A stretch of 64,000 nt of DNA from an uncultured Methanoregulaceae archaeon (GCA_963701095.1 OY969564.1:1088001-1152000), one strand, 5' to 3'. Numbered from the stretch's first letter, positions 41,101 to 51,802 are shown. Notes: a model not told the origin generated them from the sequence alone. Made by a program: numbers and translations.

Positions 41101-41428
41101 GACAAGCACTACCTCTCCAGCTGACAGGTTCACGAATGTAGGAACGCCTACGGTTACCGGCATTTCACCGACCGGTGGACCTGTATCCGGCGGCACTGCG
41201 GTAATCATTAATGGTACCGGATTTATTGGTGTAACCGCTGTCATGTTCGGGACCACACCTGCATTTGCCATACCGGGAACCCAGTCTAATAACCCAAACC
41301 AGGTCGCTGCCGGTACCCAAATCATCATCAGCGCACCAACCCATACGGCGGGCATTGTTAATATAACGGTCACAACGCCCTTCGGAACATCGCCGATTTC
41401 AGCAGCCGATAAATACACGTATAAATGA
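38193..41428 (+). CDS. Secreted surface protein: two NHL beta-propellers + multiple IPT/TIG domains (frameshift at ~40568)
   Basis: Signal peptide; repeated QWGS.G.GNGQF..P.GIAVD.SGNVYVADYGNNRIEKF; VTGISP..GPT.GGT.V.ITGTGF IPT repeats. One G is missing in cccccgggg; restoring it joins the two ORFs. Confidence 0.88.
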
Positions 41429-41494
41429 CCGGTCAGGTGGGCCTCAATGGTGAGCCCTGACGATCATTTTTTTAGGATTTCAATATGAAAAATT

Positions 41495-41569
41495 ATGGTT
41501 AAACAAATTGGACATTTCGCAAAAAGGATTGAAATTATCCTTCATATTGTTGTTATTTTAGCCTTATAG
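41495..41569 (+). pseudogene. Remnant 5' end of a paralogue of the NHL-IPT gene
   Basis: MVKQIGHFAKRIEIILHIVVILAL* versus MVKSLGHFANRMIFILCIVVFIA at 38193; the upstream tgaaaaat(c/t)atggttaaa is also shared. Confidence 0.6.
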
Positions 41570-41731
41570 TGCGATCACAAAGTGATGGCTACCCGTTGTA
41601 TGATCGATACGATACACCAATCGGGATGAAAGCAGATGGGCAAACCACATCCCCGCAGAGCTGACAGGAGCCTCAATTGATTCATTTTTTTGATATCAAT
41701 TGATTTATGTTTACGATATCATTATGGACTT

Positions 41732-41811
41732 TATATATAGGTTAACTTTAAATAAAATGAAAAATTGCTATATATAGGTTAATTTTAAATAGGATTAAAA
41801 ATACCTATATA
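41732..41811. promoter_or_regulatory. Operator-like repeats upstream of the AbiE-type pair
   Basis: tatatataggttaa(c/t)tttaaata at 41732 and 41769, plus an inverted half ttaaaaatacctatata ending at 41811. Confidence 0.6.
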
Positions 41812-41832
41812 CGTTATAAGAGAAGAAGAAAA

Positions 41833-42435
41833 ATGATAAAAAGAAATATATTTCCTTATTTTGGAAGTAAAAAAGAACGAATTTTCAGGATTTTACTGAG
41901 CAAAAAAATAGAAAAACCATCCGGATATAAACTGGCACAATTAGCCGAGATAAGTTATCCCTATGTTCATTCAATTTTAGGTGATCTGGAAAGAGAGGGG
42001 CTACTAAAAGATCGTCAAATTTTAGATATTAAAAAACTTTTCAACTATTGGGCGGAACATCGGGGTCCAAATTACTATAAAGAATACAATATTCAAAATC
42101 CTAAAGATGCTTTAAAAACAGCCAAAATGGAATATGCACTCACGGGCTATTTTGCTGAGAATATTATTGGAAATTATTTGTTTCCCAGATATTATCAGAT
42201 ATATATCGAAGATCAGGATCGGGATAAATGGCACACACACCTGGTAAAAAATGGTTATGTCGGTAAAGGAAATGTGAGGATTTACCTTAATGACCACCAC
42301 GTTTTTTTTGAAAAGCATGAGGTTGATGGTTGGCCCGTGGTATCTGTTCAGCAACTCATTGTAGATTTAATACGGGAAGGTGCTGAATGTGGAGAGGCAG
42401 CAGAGATGCTCATGAAACGGATGTATCATGTCTAA
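41833..42435 (+). CDS. AbiEi-like type IV antitoxin (wHTH + CTD)
   Basis: YKLAQLAEISYPYVHSILGDLEREG HTH; YALTGYFAE; VVSVQQLIVDL. Confidence 0.75.
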   Translation: MIKRNIFPYFGSKKERIFRILLSKKIEKPSGYKLAQLAEISYPYVHSILGDLEREGLLKDRQILDIKKLFNYWAEHRGPNYYKEYNIQNPKDALKTAKMEYALTGYFAENIIGNYLFPRYYQIYIEDQDRDKWHTHLVKNGYVGKGNVRIYLNDHHVFFEKHEVDGWPVVSVQQLIVDLIREGAECGEAAEMLMKRMYHV

Positions 42436-43231
42436 CCCATTATATGAAAAGACGGAAACCGACTCTGCTCTCGACGCTTTAGCGCATATTACCACACGCT
42501 TACCCGAACCATTTTTACTTCTTGGAGGGTGGGGTGTATTTGTAACCGTCAATGATTCATTCAATGAGGAGCACGGTTCTGATTATCTCGGATCAAGAGA
42601 TATCGATGTATGTTTCCATATTGATCCTACGGTTAGTGAAGCTGAATTGAGATCGTGCACGTTTTCAAGAGCCCTCTCAATTGTTCAGGAAATCGGTTAT
42701 TTTCCTCACGGGTTTTGCCGGTTCTGCAGGATAATTAAGAAAGATACCGGGGAAACAATAACAGAAACCGCTGCAAAAACAATGCAATATCATGAATTAT
42801 TTAATTTATATGTGGATATGATGGTTGATAATCTCCATCCGCTGCAGAGGGAGGTTTTCGGTTTTGTGGCTCTTGATGAGCCAATACTTGGAAGAGTTTT
42901 TAATGAACGAACCGGAGTAAAAGTCAATTATAGAGGGGTAAAATTGATGATACCTCCCCCGGTTATGTTGCTTGCCACGAAACTGAGATCCATCCCCAAC
43001 CGGGAAAAGGGTGATAAAATGATTAAAGATGCCTGTGATATCTATGCACTCCTTTGGCATTCCCCTGAAAATTACAGAAACCTCCTAAAAGAGATCCACA
43101 CGCAATATCCCGTAGATTGTATAACAGGATTCAATGCAATTACTGCTGAAATTTCAAGGAAGGCTGCTTACCATCTTGGGGTAGATGCAGAGAGATACAG
43201 GGATGTAATAAAACAATTAAATGAGATATAA
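42428..43231 (+). CDS. AbiEii-like nucleotidyltransferase toxin
   Basis: LLGGWGV, SRDIDV, LATKL, KDACDIYALL; overlaps the antitoxin stop. Confidence 0.8.
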   Translation: MSNPLYEKTETDSALDALAHITTRLPEPFLLLGGWGVFVTVNDSFNEEHGSDYLGSRDIDVCFHIDPTVSEAELRSCTFSRALSIVQEIGYFPHGFCRFCRIIKKDTGETITETAAKTMQYHELFNLYVDMMVDNLHPLQREVFGFVALDEPILGRVFNERTGVKVNYRGVKLMIPPPVMLLATKLRSIPNREKGDKMIKDACDIYALLWHSPENYRNLLKEIHTQYPVDCITGFNAITAEISRKAAYHLGVDAERYRDVIKQLNEI

Positions 43232-43255
43232 AAAAAGCATCTCTCCCTCAAAACG

Positions 43256-44104
43256 TCAGAAGTAAATATCAACCTCACCGTCTGGATTTGCATTACTTAC
43301 GACGTCCACATGCTGTTTGCAGTCAGTAATGGCATTCTCCGGCGTCCAGCTGAGCGTCGGCCTGCCGGCACTTGTCTGTAAATCGATGGCATAGAACGCG
43401 ACAGAACCGATGTCCGGGTAATCGGAACACTGCTGCAGACCGTAGGCTTCAAGCGTCTCGATATTCCAGGTGAGTTCCTGGATATTGCTGACCGGCAGGC
43501 TGGTGTCTGCAATGCCGTTAAACATGCAATCGTAACTGAAGAGGTTATTGTTCTGACCAGACAGGGTCATCACGCCGGTAAGCACCGTCCCCGGCTTTAC
43601 CTGGACGAGATTGGTATGGAACGCCGGTCCCTGCTGGCCGTCAACTTACCAGTTAGCCACTGCCCAATACGGGCCACCGCCTGCTGCAGAAGGGCCCCAC
43701 TGGAGCACGGGCTGGTATATATTCGTAGAGTTCTGGATCCCGCTAAAGAGGAAGATGACCTGGTTGTGGTTCGTTTTTGGCGCAGGAGGGACTTTCCACA
43801 TCGTTGAAAACAGCGTTACCGGATGCCCGGTATCGTTTGTCCAGCCGGCGTAGGCGATCCATCCTTCGCCAAGCCCGGCTGCAAGCGTGGGATGCCGGGA
43901 CACATTCCCGGGCATCAGCGGCTTTCCACTGCTCTTGATCTGCAAAGGCCCGAAATCATGTACCAGGTGTCCCCTGGCATCCATCTGTTGTATGGTGCCG
44001 CGAGCGAGGTCAAGCCTGTGCCCGGGACCAATTGCATGGACATGGGACGTGTGCCGGTACCCGCCGGGCGTTACAACCAGGTCATCGACGGTCTTTCCCG
44101 GCAT
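43256..44104 (-). pseudogene. Putative glutamic-peptidase-like (G1/neprosin-like) protein with an in-frame TAA at 43646-43648
   Basis: The two ORFs are in the same frame, separated by W-TAA-VDG; motifs WKVPPAP, QPVLQWG, ETLEAYG. Confidence 0.5.
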
Positions 44105-44398
44105 ATTTCAGGACCCCCGTCTTTTTCCTTTATTTTTCCCGACGATCGTTCCTGCACCAGTCACCATCTGACCAGGTTTGACATGGTGCACCGAGGACTT
44201 CGGTCTCATACCGCCGGGCGTGAGAACCTGTTCCTCATTTTTTTTGTCTGGTTTCTTGTGAGCCATAGGAGAACTCCCCGGTTCGACAGGCTGCCGGCAA
44301 TTCCTGAAAAGGTGGCCGGAACCTGGCAGAACCTTCTGGTGTGGTACACCGGCAGTGCCGGGTCGCCCTATATGCCGTTTTTGTCCCGACCATTGTTG

Positions 44399-45385
44399 TC
44401 ATGTCGGGGTGTTTGTAACGCCGGTCCCGGCAAGAAACGTCGCCTGGCTGACTGCAAGGATGGCAACCAGCCCGTCAGAAACGGCCGGAAGCCCCAGTGA
44501 CGCGGGATTGGTAGTGGTCAGGAACATGTTGAGAATCAGGGCGCCATACCCCACAATCGCGATGACCGTGAACAGGAACATCTGCGTTTTGTGGACATCC
44601 ACGTACATCGCGTTGTTCAGCTCGTCTCCCTGGAAGATATCGGTAAACCGTGCATCAGCGGGGGCCGCCTTTCCGTAGAGGACACCGGAGCCTGTTGCAG
44701 CTACCTCAGCCTCGGTCCGGCTGAACGCTGCGGCAGCCTTTGTGACGGGTGCCGGATACCTGGAGGTATCTATCCTCGGGCCATCGGCTGTTATCTGCTG
44801 AAGAGGTGCCGGCTCTTTAGCCGCTTTTGCGCTCGCGATCACGGGTGCACCAACGGCTGAAGAAGCAGACAGTCCCAGAAGCGCCCACAGGTGCCAGTCT
44901 ATGGTGATATTGAACGGGTCGGTGATGGTTGCGGCGTTCAGGAACCGGATGAACAGTATGACCAGGTATGCCGAGATTACAAGGACCGTCCAGCACACAA
45001 TCTGGAGGCGCGAAAGGTCCATGCAGTTTCGCTCATTAATAAAAATTCCCATAAGCCGGCACAGGACAAAAGAACCAAGAACAAAAATAAAGATCAAAAG
45101 GATAACGATTGCCGCTCCCCACGCCGACCATACCGGCAACCTGGGAATTGCAAGGATCACGTACGGTACCACAAGAAGGACAAGAATAATAACTGCAAGC
45201 AAAAGCATTTCCTTGATATTGGGCCACTTGTGGGCGTCTTTATGGACCACGTTTGCGGATTTAATCAGGACAGACAGGTCTTCACCTTCTGCCGGTTCGG
45301 TGAACTCTTCGGTCACATAGGTAACCACGCGCTTCCGGTCACTTCGGGGAGTGTATCGCATAAGGACTTCCTGATCACCGGACAA
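44399..45385 (-). CDS. Multi-TM membrane protein with an internal two-fold repeat
   Basis: DLSRLQIVCWTV..LWALLGLS and DVHKTQMFLFTV..LVAILAVS halves. Confidence 0.7.
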   Translation of the reverse strand: MSGDQEVLMRYTPRSDRKRVVTYVTEEFTEPAEGEDLSVLIKSANVVHKDAHKWPNIKEMLLLAVIILVLLVVPYVILAIPRLPVWSAWGAAIVILLIFIFVLGSFVLCRLMGIFINERNCMDLSRLQIVCWTVLVISAYLVILFIRFLNAATITDPFNITIDWHLWALLGLSASSAVGAPVIASAKAAKEPAPLQQITADGPRIDTSRYPAPVTKAAAAFSRTEAEVAATGSGVLYGKAAPADARFTDIFQGDELNNAMYVDVHKTQMFLFTVIAIVGYGALILNMFLTTTNPASLGLPAVSDGLVAILAVSQATFLAGTGVTNTPT

Positions 45386-45745
45386 ACCCGTTTTTTCGAA
45401 ACGGGTTCATCTTTGTTGATCAAATCACCACTATGGCAGGGAGGGTTTATATAAATTACTAAACAATAATTTACAAAATTTTAAGCAATAGTGCCGGTTT
45501 TTGATTTTTTAACGACCCGGGAAAAGCAGGAATTCTATCCCGGAAACCTGGGATACGGCGTTTCCTCAAAAACAGGTTATTCTTTAAGAGAAATATAACT
45601 ATTAAGATAAAGTTTTCAAGGTTTCGGCAGCGCGAAACGGTACCGTGCCGAAAAAAGGGAAATGACGATAATGTTTATAGGTGATGAAGATGGCTTTGAA
45701 GGAATGGGAAAATAGAATTTTGATACGGTATCGATCCCCCGTACA

Positions 45746-46090
45746 TTAACGAAACAATGCAGACCGGGATCTGGCAATACCAAAAACGAACGTGAACGAC
45801 GACGCCGATATGGCATATACGCGGTCATATACCACAATGTGAGCTTCCGGAAGATCTTGTATGACAAATAAACGATACTGTCCGGAGTATCCTTCCAGTG
45901 ATCCCGCGTATTTTATCAGGTTCTCTGACGATAGATGAATATGGGTCTTATCCAAGGGTACGCCCGGGAACTTTCCGAACGACGCACAGATTATCCGGTA
46001 CGACCGGATAGTCCCCGGAGCATGATCCGCCGTTTCCCGCAGACATTCCTGCACTGCGTACACGATAATCTGTTCCTTTCCCGTTCAACA
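45746..46090 (-). pseudogene. Possible N-terminal (SAM-like) fragment of a tyrosine recombinase
   Basis: HAPGTIRSYRIICASFGKFPGVPLD..HLSSENLIKYAGSL resembles core-binding domain motifs (xxTxxxY..F.k). No catalytic domain follows. Confidence 0.35.
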
Positions 46091-46121
46091 TGGCTTAATA
46101 CCGTTCATGGGGTGAGATAAT

Positions 46122-46754
46122 TTGAACATTACCGCTCTCAGGCCCCGGTTCAAACAGTATCTCGAACCCATTGCCGGGGTCTTTATCCGGTGCGGTATTA
46201 CACCGAACCAGTGTTCGTTCCTTGCACTTATTGCCGGGATTTTTGCGGCAGTGCTTTTTATGGAGCGCCTGTTCCTGGCCGGCAGCCTGTTTTTACTGCT
46301 GTCTGCCATTTTCGATCTCGTAGACGGCAGTATCGCCCGGCGCACCAACTCCCCGACAAAATTCGGTGCGGTCTTTGACTGGATTGTTGACAAATATGTC
46401 GATGCCCTGGTGATCCTCGGGGTCGGCCTTTCCGGTATCCCTGATCCTGAGTGGAATCCTTCCGGTGCCGGTAACCGCAGACTTTGCCATCACCGGTCTT
46501 GCCATTACCGGCTCCCTCATGAACACGTTTATCAAACCCGTTGTCTACGCAGAGGTCGGGTACCGGGAAAAAGTCGAAGGTAAAATTGACGATCCCCTCG
46601 AAGGGGTAGGTTTCTTTGGCGGCCTGAGACATTTCTTGTCCTGATCCTCGGAGGAGTCACCGGGTTTATCTGGGTATCGGTAATCATTATCGCAATCTGC
46701 ACAAACCTGTCAGCAATCCAGCGGATCCTCTACCTCCATACTACTCTTTCCTGA
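46122..46754 (+). CDS. CDP-alcohol phosphatidyltransferase (frameshifts at ~46440 and ~46620)
   Basis: ITPNQ, DLVDGSIARR..FGAVFDWIVDKYVD; GVGFFG-RPE..NLSAIQRI in the shifted frames. Confidence 0.88.
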
Positions 46755-46791
46755 CGGCGGTGCACACACGTATGCCCCGCCCGCACGTATA

Positions 46792-46824
46792 AAATTAAAT
46801 GTAGGACTATACTACAATTAATTT
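46792..46824. repeat. 13-7-13 palindromic site, copy 2
   Basis: aaattaaatgtag-gactata-ctacaattaattt; arms 12/13 complementary. Confidence 0.7.
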
Positions 46825-47278
46825 CGGAGTTTTCTCTGGATACACCAGATTACTGTAATACCGTTTGATACAGGATCGAATCTTAAACCCCCTTTTATGG
46901 TGTACGGAATTACGACGTATTTTTGCCGTACAGGGAAAGTTTTGTAAAGCAAACGCATACCGTGCACGTGGGATACATGCCGGATAAAGCAACGTATGCT
47001 TGTGCCGCTCAACAGTCCTCTTTTAGGGACTTCAGAAAGTCGGGGTACTTTCAGGAGAGCGGAAACATCAGGTACCGAGTACCAACCGATTCAGGACCAC
47101 CTGATATTTTCCCTTTTTAGGGACGGACATAAACCGGGGTACAGATTATGCCAGCAAGTCCGGATTATCTCATCTCAGTAAAAAGACATCTCCTCTTTTA
47201 ATCCGGCAAACGTGCAGCCGGAATCTATAACTGTTTTTGCGCCGGTAAATTATGCACTGCGTTTACCGGGAGTTCGCC

Positions 47279-49265
47279 ATGGACATTTTACTCGCCGCCG
47301 TATGTGTCATTATCTTATCCATTATCCTCCTGTACTTCGGCCACCGGTTTGGTCTTCCCAGTATCGTCAGTTTCCTCGTGATCGGGATGGTCGCCGGGCC
47401 GTTCGGGCTTGGACTTATACAGGACCAGTCCCTGATCAGTACCATTGGCGAGATCGGTATCATCCTCCTGCTTTTCACCATCGGCCTTGAGTTCTCCTTC
47501 CAGTCGTTCCTGCGGTCGTGGCGTGCCGTTATTATCGGCGGTACTGTCCAGATCTGTACTACCGTTGTTGCGATCACGGTAATCACCCTTGCATTCCAGA
47601 TGCCGTTCGGCGAGGCTCTGCTCTTCGGGTTCATCGTCTCACTCTCGAGTACTGCCATCGTCATGAAGATCCTCCAGGAGAAAGGCGAAGTGGATACGCT
47701 CCAGGGAAGGACACTTCTGGGTATCCTGATCTTCCAGGACCTGGCCATTATCCCGATGATGCTCTTGGTTCCCCTGCTTGCCGGGACCAGTACCGGTTTC
47801 GATCTTTCCGTCATACCCTACCAGGTTGCAAAAATTGCTGTTATCTTCCTTGTTATTGTGGTCCTTGGGTACTGGATCATCCCGCGGCTGCTGTTCAGGA
47901 TCGCAAAGGAACGGAGCCGGGAGCTTTTCCTCTTTACCATTGCCGGTATCTGTATCATTATCGCGTGGCTTACTAACGAAGCCGGGCTCTCGTTTACGCT
48001 GGGAGCATTTATTGCCGGCCTGATCATCGGGGAGTCAGATTACAACATCGATGCTTTAAGCCACATCATTCCTTTCCGGGATGTCTTTGCTTCCGTCTTT
48101 TTCCTGTCGATAGGGATGCTGTTAAACACCGGGACCGTTCTTGACATGTTCGGGTTTGTTGCCCTCATGATCTTTGTCGTTTTCTGGGTCAAGGTCCTGA
48201 CCGGTGCCTTCTCTGCGGCAATCCTCGGGATGCCTGCACGGATCTGTGTCTATTCCGGTCTTGCACTTGCACAGATCGGTGAGTTCTCGTTTGTTCTCGC
48301 GCAGACCGGCCAGGATGCCGGGGTCATACACCGGGGGCATACCAGATTTTCCTTGCCGGGGCAGTCGTCACCATGGCGTTTGCCCCGTTTGCCATCCGGG
48401 CATCACCGGCCGTTGTCGATCTTCTCTACCGGCTTTTCCCGACACGAATTAAACGCGAAAAACTCATGGAAGGTATCGCTCCTGAAGAGGATCTCAGCAA
48501 CCACATTATCATCGCAGGGTACGGGATCACCGGTAAAAGTGTGGCCCGGGCAGCGACGCTTGCCGGTATTCCTTACATGGCCATAGAACTTAACCCGGAA
48601 ATCATCCGGCAGGAACGTTCCCCGTACCGGCCCAATTTTATATTCGGCGACGCCGTCCAGGAAGAAGTACTCCTCCATGCGGGTATCAGGAGGGCACGGA
48701 CTCTGGTCGTTGTTGTTTCCGAAGAAGAGGCGGTGCCGCGTATCATTCGCGCAGCACGAAATCTCTCACAAGACGTCCATATCCTTGCAAGAACCCGGCA
48801 CGTCAGGAACGCGCAAAACCTTCTCGATCTTGGTGCAGACGAGGTTATTTCCGAAGAATTTGAATCTGCGCTCGAAATATTTACCGGGCCCTGAAACGGT
48901 ACGAGATCCCGGAAGAAGAAGTCGTCAGGATCATCAAACGGGCAAAACGTATGGGTGCAGCCATGTTTACCCGGTGCACCGATCCGGTCCAGCAGCAGAA
49001 AATCCAGAACTTCGAGACGCTTTTCAAAGCCACCCATATCCATACCGTACAGGTCGAGGAAGGGTCATTTGCCGAGGGAAAGACCATCGGCGAACTGGGG
49101 CTTAAAGACCGGTTCGGCATCCGGGAGTTCGGGTTCCGCCGGGGAACGCTGCGGTTTACCCAGCCTGACCCCGGTATGCTCCTTGAAGCGGGAGATACAC
49201 TTGTATTCTTTATCACCGATCAGCTGGCAGGCCAGATTATCCCGCTGTTTTCAAAAGGAAAATAG
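47279..49265 (+). CDS. CPA2/Kef-type cation:proton antiporter with TrkA-N and TrkA-C (frameshifts at ~48330 and ~48887)
   Basis: LLFTIGLEFS, SSTAIV, LIFQDL, LGAFIAG, LAQIGEFSFVL; IIIAGYG..FGDA; GKTIGELGL. Confidence 0.9.
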
Positions 49266-49268
49266 TTC

Positions 49269-50039
49269 TTAGAGCCGCATGTGCTTGAATGAATACGTCC
49301 CGACCAGGATCATAACCACGGAAAAGATACAGATAATAAGAAAATCAAGCCGTATATCAAACTGGTGCAGACCTACAAGGGTCCCGCGAAGCCCGTCAAC
49401 GGCATACGTAGCAGGGTTTGCAAGCACAAACGGCGTAAGCCACCCGGGAAGATTGTTGATGGGAAAAAGCGCACCCGAAAGGAAAAACATCGGGGTCACC
49501 AGGAAACTGCTGACCAGCTGGAACCCTTCCGGGCTCTCCATCCGGGAACCAAGGATAAGACCGATACTGACAAGACCCACGGTAGTAACCAGGAGGAATG
49601 CTACGGTAATAGTGACGGTGACCGGTGAAAACGTGATATCTTCAAGGATACCAACCCGGGAAAACACGTAACCGAAAATAAGCAGGATCGCAATCTGGAT
49701 GAGGGTATCGGTTGAACCCCCCAGGATCTTCCCGATGAATATCGAGGTCCGTGACAACGGCGAGACAAGGACTTCTTTTAAGAAATCGATCTTTTTATCC
49801 CACACAATATAGACCCCGAAAAAGACCGCGGAGAAAAGCGCTGTCTGGAGGAGAATCCCGGGAAACAGGAAACTGAGGAAATTAACGCCACCAAACGAGA
49901 GGACCGAACCGAGACCACCCCCGATGATCAGGAGCCACAGGACCGGACTTGCAACTGACGCCACCAGCCGGGACTGTTCCCGGCAGAAAACCTTGAATTC
50001 ACGGTACCACAGCGCGTAGATACCCCGGAGATCGCTCAT
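49269..50039 (-). CDS. ABC-2 type permease
   Basis: Six TMs; FLSGALFPINNLPGWL..NPATYAVDGLR. Confidence 0.9.
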   Translation of the reverse strand: MSDLRGIYALWYREFKVFCREQSRLVASVASPVLWLLIIGGGLGSVLSFGGVNFLSFLFPGILLQTALFSAVFFGVYIVWDKKIDFLKEVLVSPLSRTSIFIGKILGGSTDTLIQIAILLIFGYVFSRVGILEDITFSPVTVTITVAFLLVTTVGLVSIGLILGSRMESPEGFQLVSSFLVTPMFFLSGALFPINNLPGWLTPFVLANPATYAVDGLRGTLVGLHQFDIRLDFLIICIFSVVMILVGTYSFKHMRL

Positions 50040-51004
50040 CGTCTCAACCCCGCACTCATTGCTTTTTCTGCCCAGTTACCTTCAGGTGATCCTTCACGGA
50101 TTGCTCTGCCGGTATGATGGAGAAACACATCTTCGAGCGTCATCGGCCTTACCTCGACAAAGTCCACCGGGCCGGCCCGGTTGAGGACCTCCTGCAGGTG
50201 AATGCCTGCGTCCTCCACCGTAATACTGATCCCGTCCTGCTCAGTCCGGACACCTTTTACGAACGGCAGTCCCTGTAACGATGCAACATCGAATCTTTTA
50301 GCCTTGAGGAATATGATGTCCCCTCCTACTTCCTGTTTGAGCTGGGACGGGGATCCCAGGACGGCGATTTTTCCGGCATCAACGATCCCGACCCTGTTGC
50401 AGAGCCGGTCTGCCTCGTCCATGTAGTGGGTGGTGATAATGATCGTGATATTCTTCTCTTGTGCTAGTTTCTTTACATACGCCCAGATATGTTCACGGGT
50501 CTGCGGGTCAAGCCCGAGCGTTGGTTCGTCAAGGAACAGGATTTTCGGGTGGTGCATCAGGCCGCGTGCCAGTTCAAGCCTCCTTCTCATGCCCCCGGAA
50601 TATTTCTTTACCATATCGTCTTTCCTGCCGGTGAGATCAACAAGGGCAAGGACCTCGGCGATCCGTTGTTCGCGGAGATTGGAGGGCATATCGTACAAAA
50701 GGCCGTGCAGGTTCAGGTTCTCATAACCCGTCAAGGTTTCATCGGAGCTGGGATCCTGGAAAACGATACCGATCGACTTTCGTACCTTATCCGGCTGTAA
50801 AACGATATCAAAACCATTCACAATTGCTGTCCCGGACGTAGGCCGGAGAAGGGTTGTGAGCATCAGGAGCGTCGTTGTTTTTCCGGCACCGTTTGGTCCA
50901 AGGAGGCCAAACACTTCCCCTTCGCCGATAGAAAGGCTGAGATCATTGACCGCGACAAGCTTCCCGAATCGTTTACTTAAGTTTTTTATCTCGATAAGTG
51001 GCAT
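50036..51004 (-). CDS. ABC transporter ATP-binding protein (DrrA-like)
   Basis: GPNGAGKTT, YSGGMRRR, FLDEPT, TTHYM. Confidence 0.93.
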   Translation of the reverse strand: MPLIEIKNLSKRFGKLVAVNDLSLSIGEGEVFGLLGPNGAGKTTTLLMLTTLLRPTSGTAIVNGFDIVLQPDKVRKSIGIVFQDPSSDETLTGYENLNLHGLLYDMPSNLREQRIAEVLALVDLTGRKDDMVKKYSGGMRRRLELARGLMHHPKILFLDEPTLGLDPQTREHIWAYVKKLAQEKNITIIITTHYMDEADRLCNRVGIVDAGKIAVLGSPSQLKQEVGGDIIFLKAKRFDVASLQGLPFVKGVRTEQDGISITVEDAGIHLQEVLNRAGPVDFVEVRPMTLEDVFLHHTGRAIREGSPEGNWAEKAMSAGLRR

Positions 51005-51121
51005 AGGCCGGCCCTTATAGTACGGCCAGTTTGGGTTTTCTTCGGGTAAATAGTAGCGGATTTTACTGTCCCGGGACAGACTGACGGATTTAAAAATGAC
51101 AACAGCACGAATAGTAGTACT

Positions 51122-51802
51122 ATGCGCCCTTTGGTTGTCGTCAACGTGGCGATGAGCGCGGACGGAAAACTGTCGACCCGCGAACGCCGGCAGGTGAAGA
51201 TCTCCGGTGCAGAGGATTTTTCCCGGGTTGACCGGCTGAAAGCCAGTACCGATGCCGTCATGATCGGGATAGGCACCGTTCTTGCCGATGATCCGTCACT
51301 TACGGTCAAGAGCCCGGAGTCCAGACGCGAACGCCACAACCGCGGGAAACCAGAGCATCCGGTACGGGTCGTTATCGACAGCGAGGCACGGACGCCCCCG
51401 GATGCTTCCATCCTTACCAAAGGAGAGGGCGTCCGGGTGGTTGCAGTAACCGGGCAGGCCGATCCGGATAGGGTGAGTGTACTCCGGACAAAGGCGACCG
51501 TGATTGTGGCCGGGAAAACCGAAGTGGATCTCGGCCTTGTCCTTGAAGAACTGGGGGCAATGGGGATCCGGCACCTCATGGTGGAAGGCGGGGGAACGCT
51601 GATTGCCGGGTTGGTCCGGGCCGGCCTTGTTGACGAGATCTATACCTATATAGGGAATATCATCATCGGCGGAAAGGATGCACCAACACTTGCAGACGGT
51701 CCGGGCTGGATACGCGAAACCGATTTTGCCCGGCTCGAACTTACTGAAGTTACCCGGATAGATAACGGCATTCTCCTGCACTGGCTGGTTAAAAAGCCGT
51801 AA
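51122..51802 (+). CDS. 2,5-diamino-6-(ribosylamino)-4(3H)-pyrimidinone 5'-phosphate reductase (archaeal RibD/Rib7)
   Basis: AMSADGK, GIGTVLADDPSLTVK, VEGGGTL, GLVDE; no deaminase domain. Confidence 0.9.
   Translation: MRPLVVVNVAMSADGKLSTRERRQVKISGAEDFSRVDRLKASTDAVMIGIGTVLADDPSLTVKSPESRRERHNRGKPEHPVRVVIDSEARTPPDASILTKGEGVRVVAVTGQADPDRVSVLRTKATVIVAGKTEVDLGLVLEELGAMGIRHLMVEGGGTLIAGLVRAGLVDEIYTYIGNIIIGGKDAPTLADGPGWIRETDFARLELTEVTRIDNGILLHWLVKKP

Larger units (their letters stand above)
18950..46100. mobile_element. Defence/surface-protein genomic island (approximate bounds)
   Basis: Dense run of nuclease, MTase, TA and surface genes with visibly AT-richer stretches, between housekeeping genes; a possible integrase relic lies at the right end. 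Confidence 0.55.

Noticed and set aside
43646..43648. In-frame stop as possible pyrrolysine/selenocysteine recoding
   Set aside because: The codon is TAA, not TAG or TGA.
47015..47125. Repeated cc(t)cttttagggac / ccctttttagggac as possible ORB/origin elements
   Set aside because: No match to the ORB consensus and no cdc6/orc1 gene nearby; at most a local operator.
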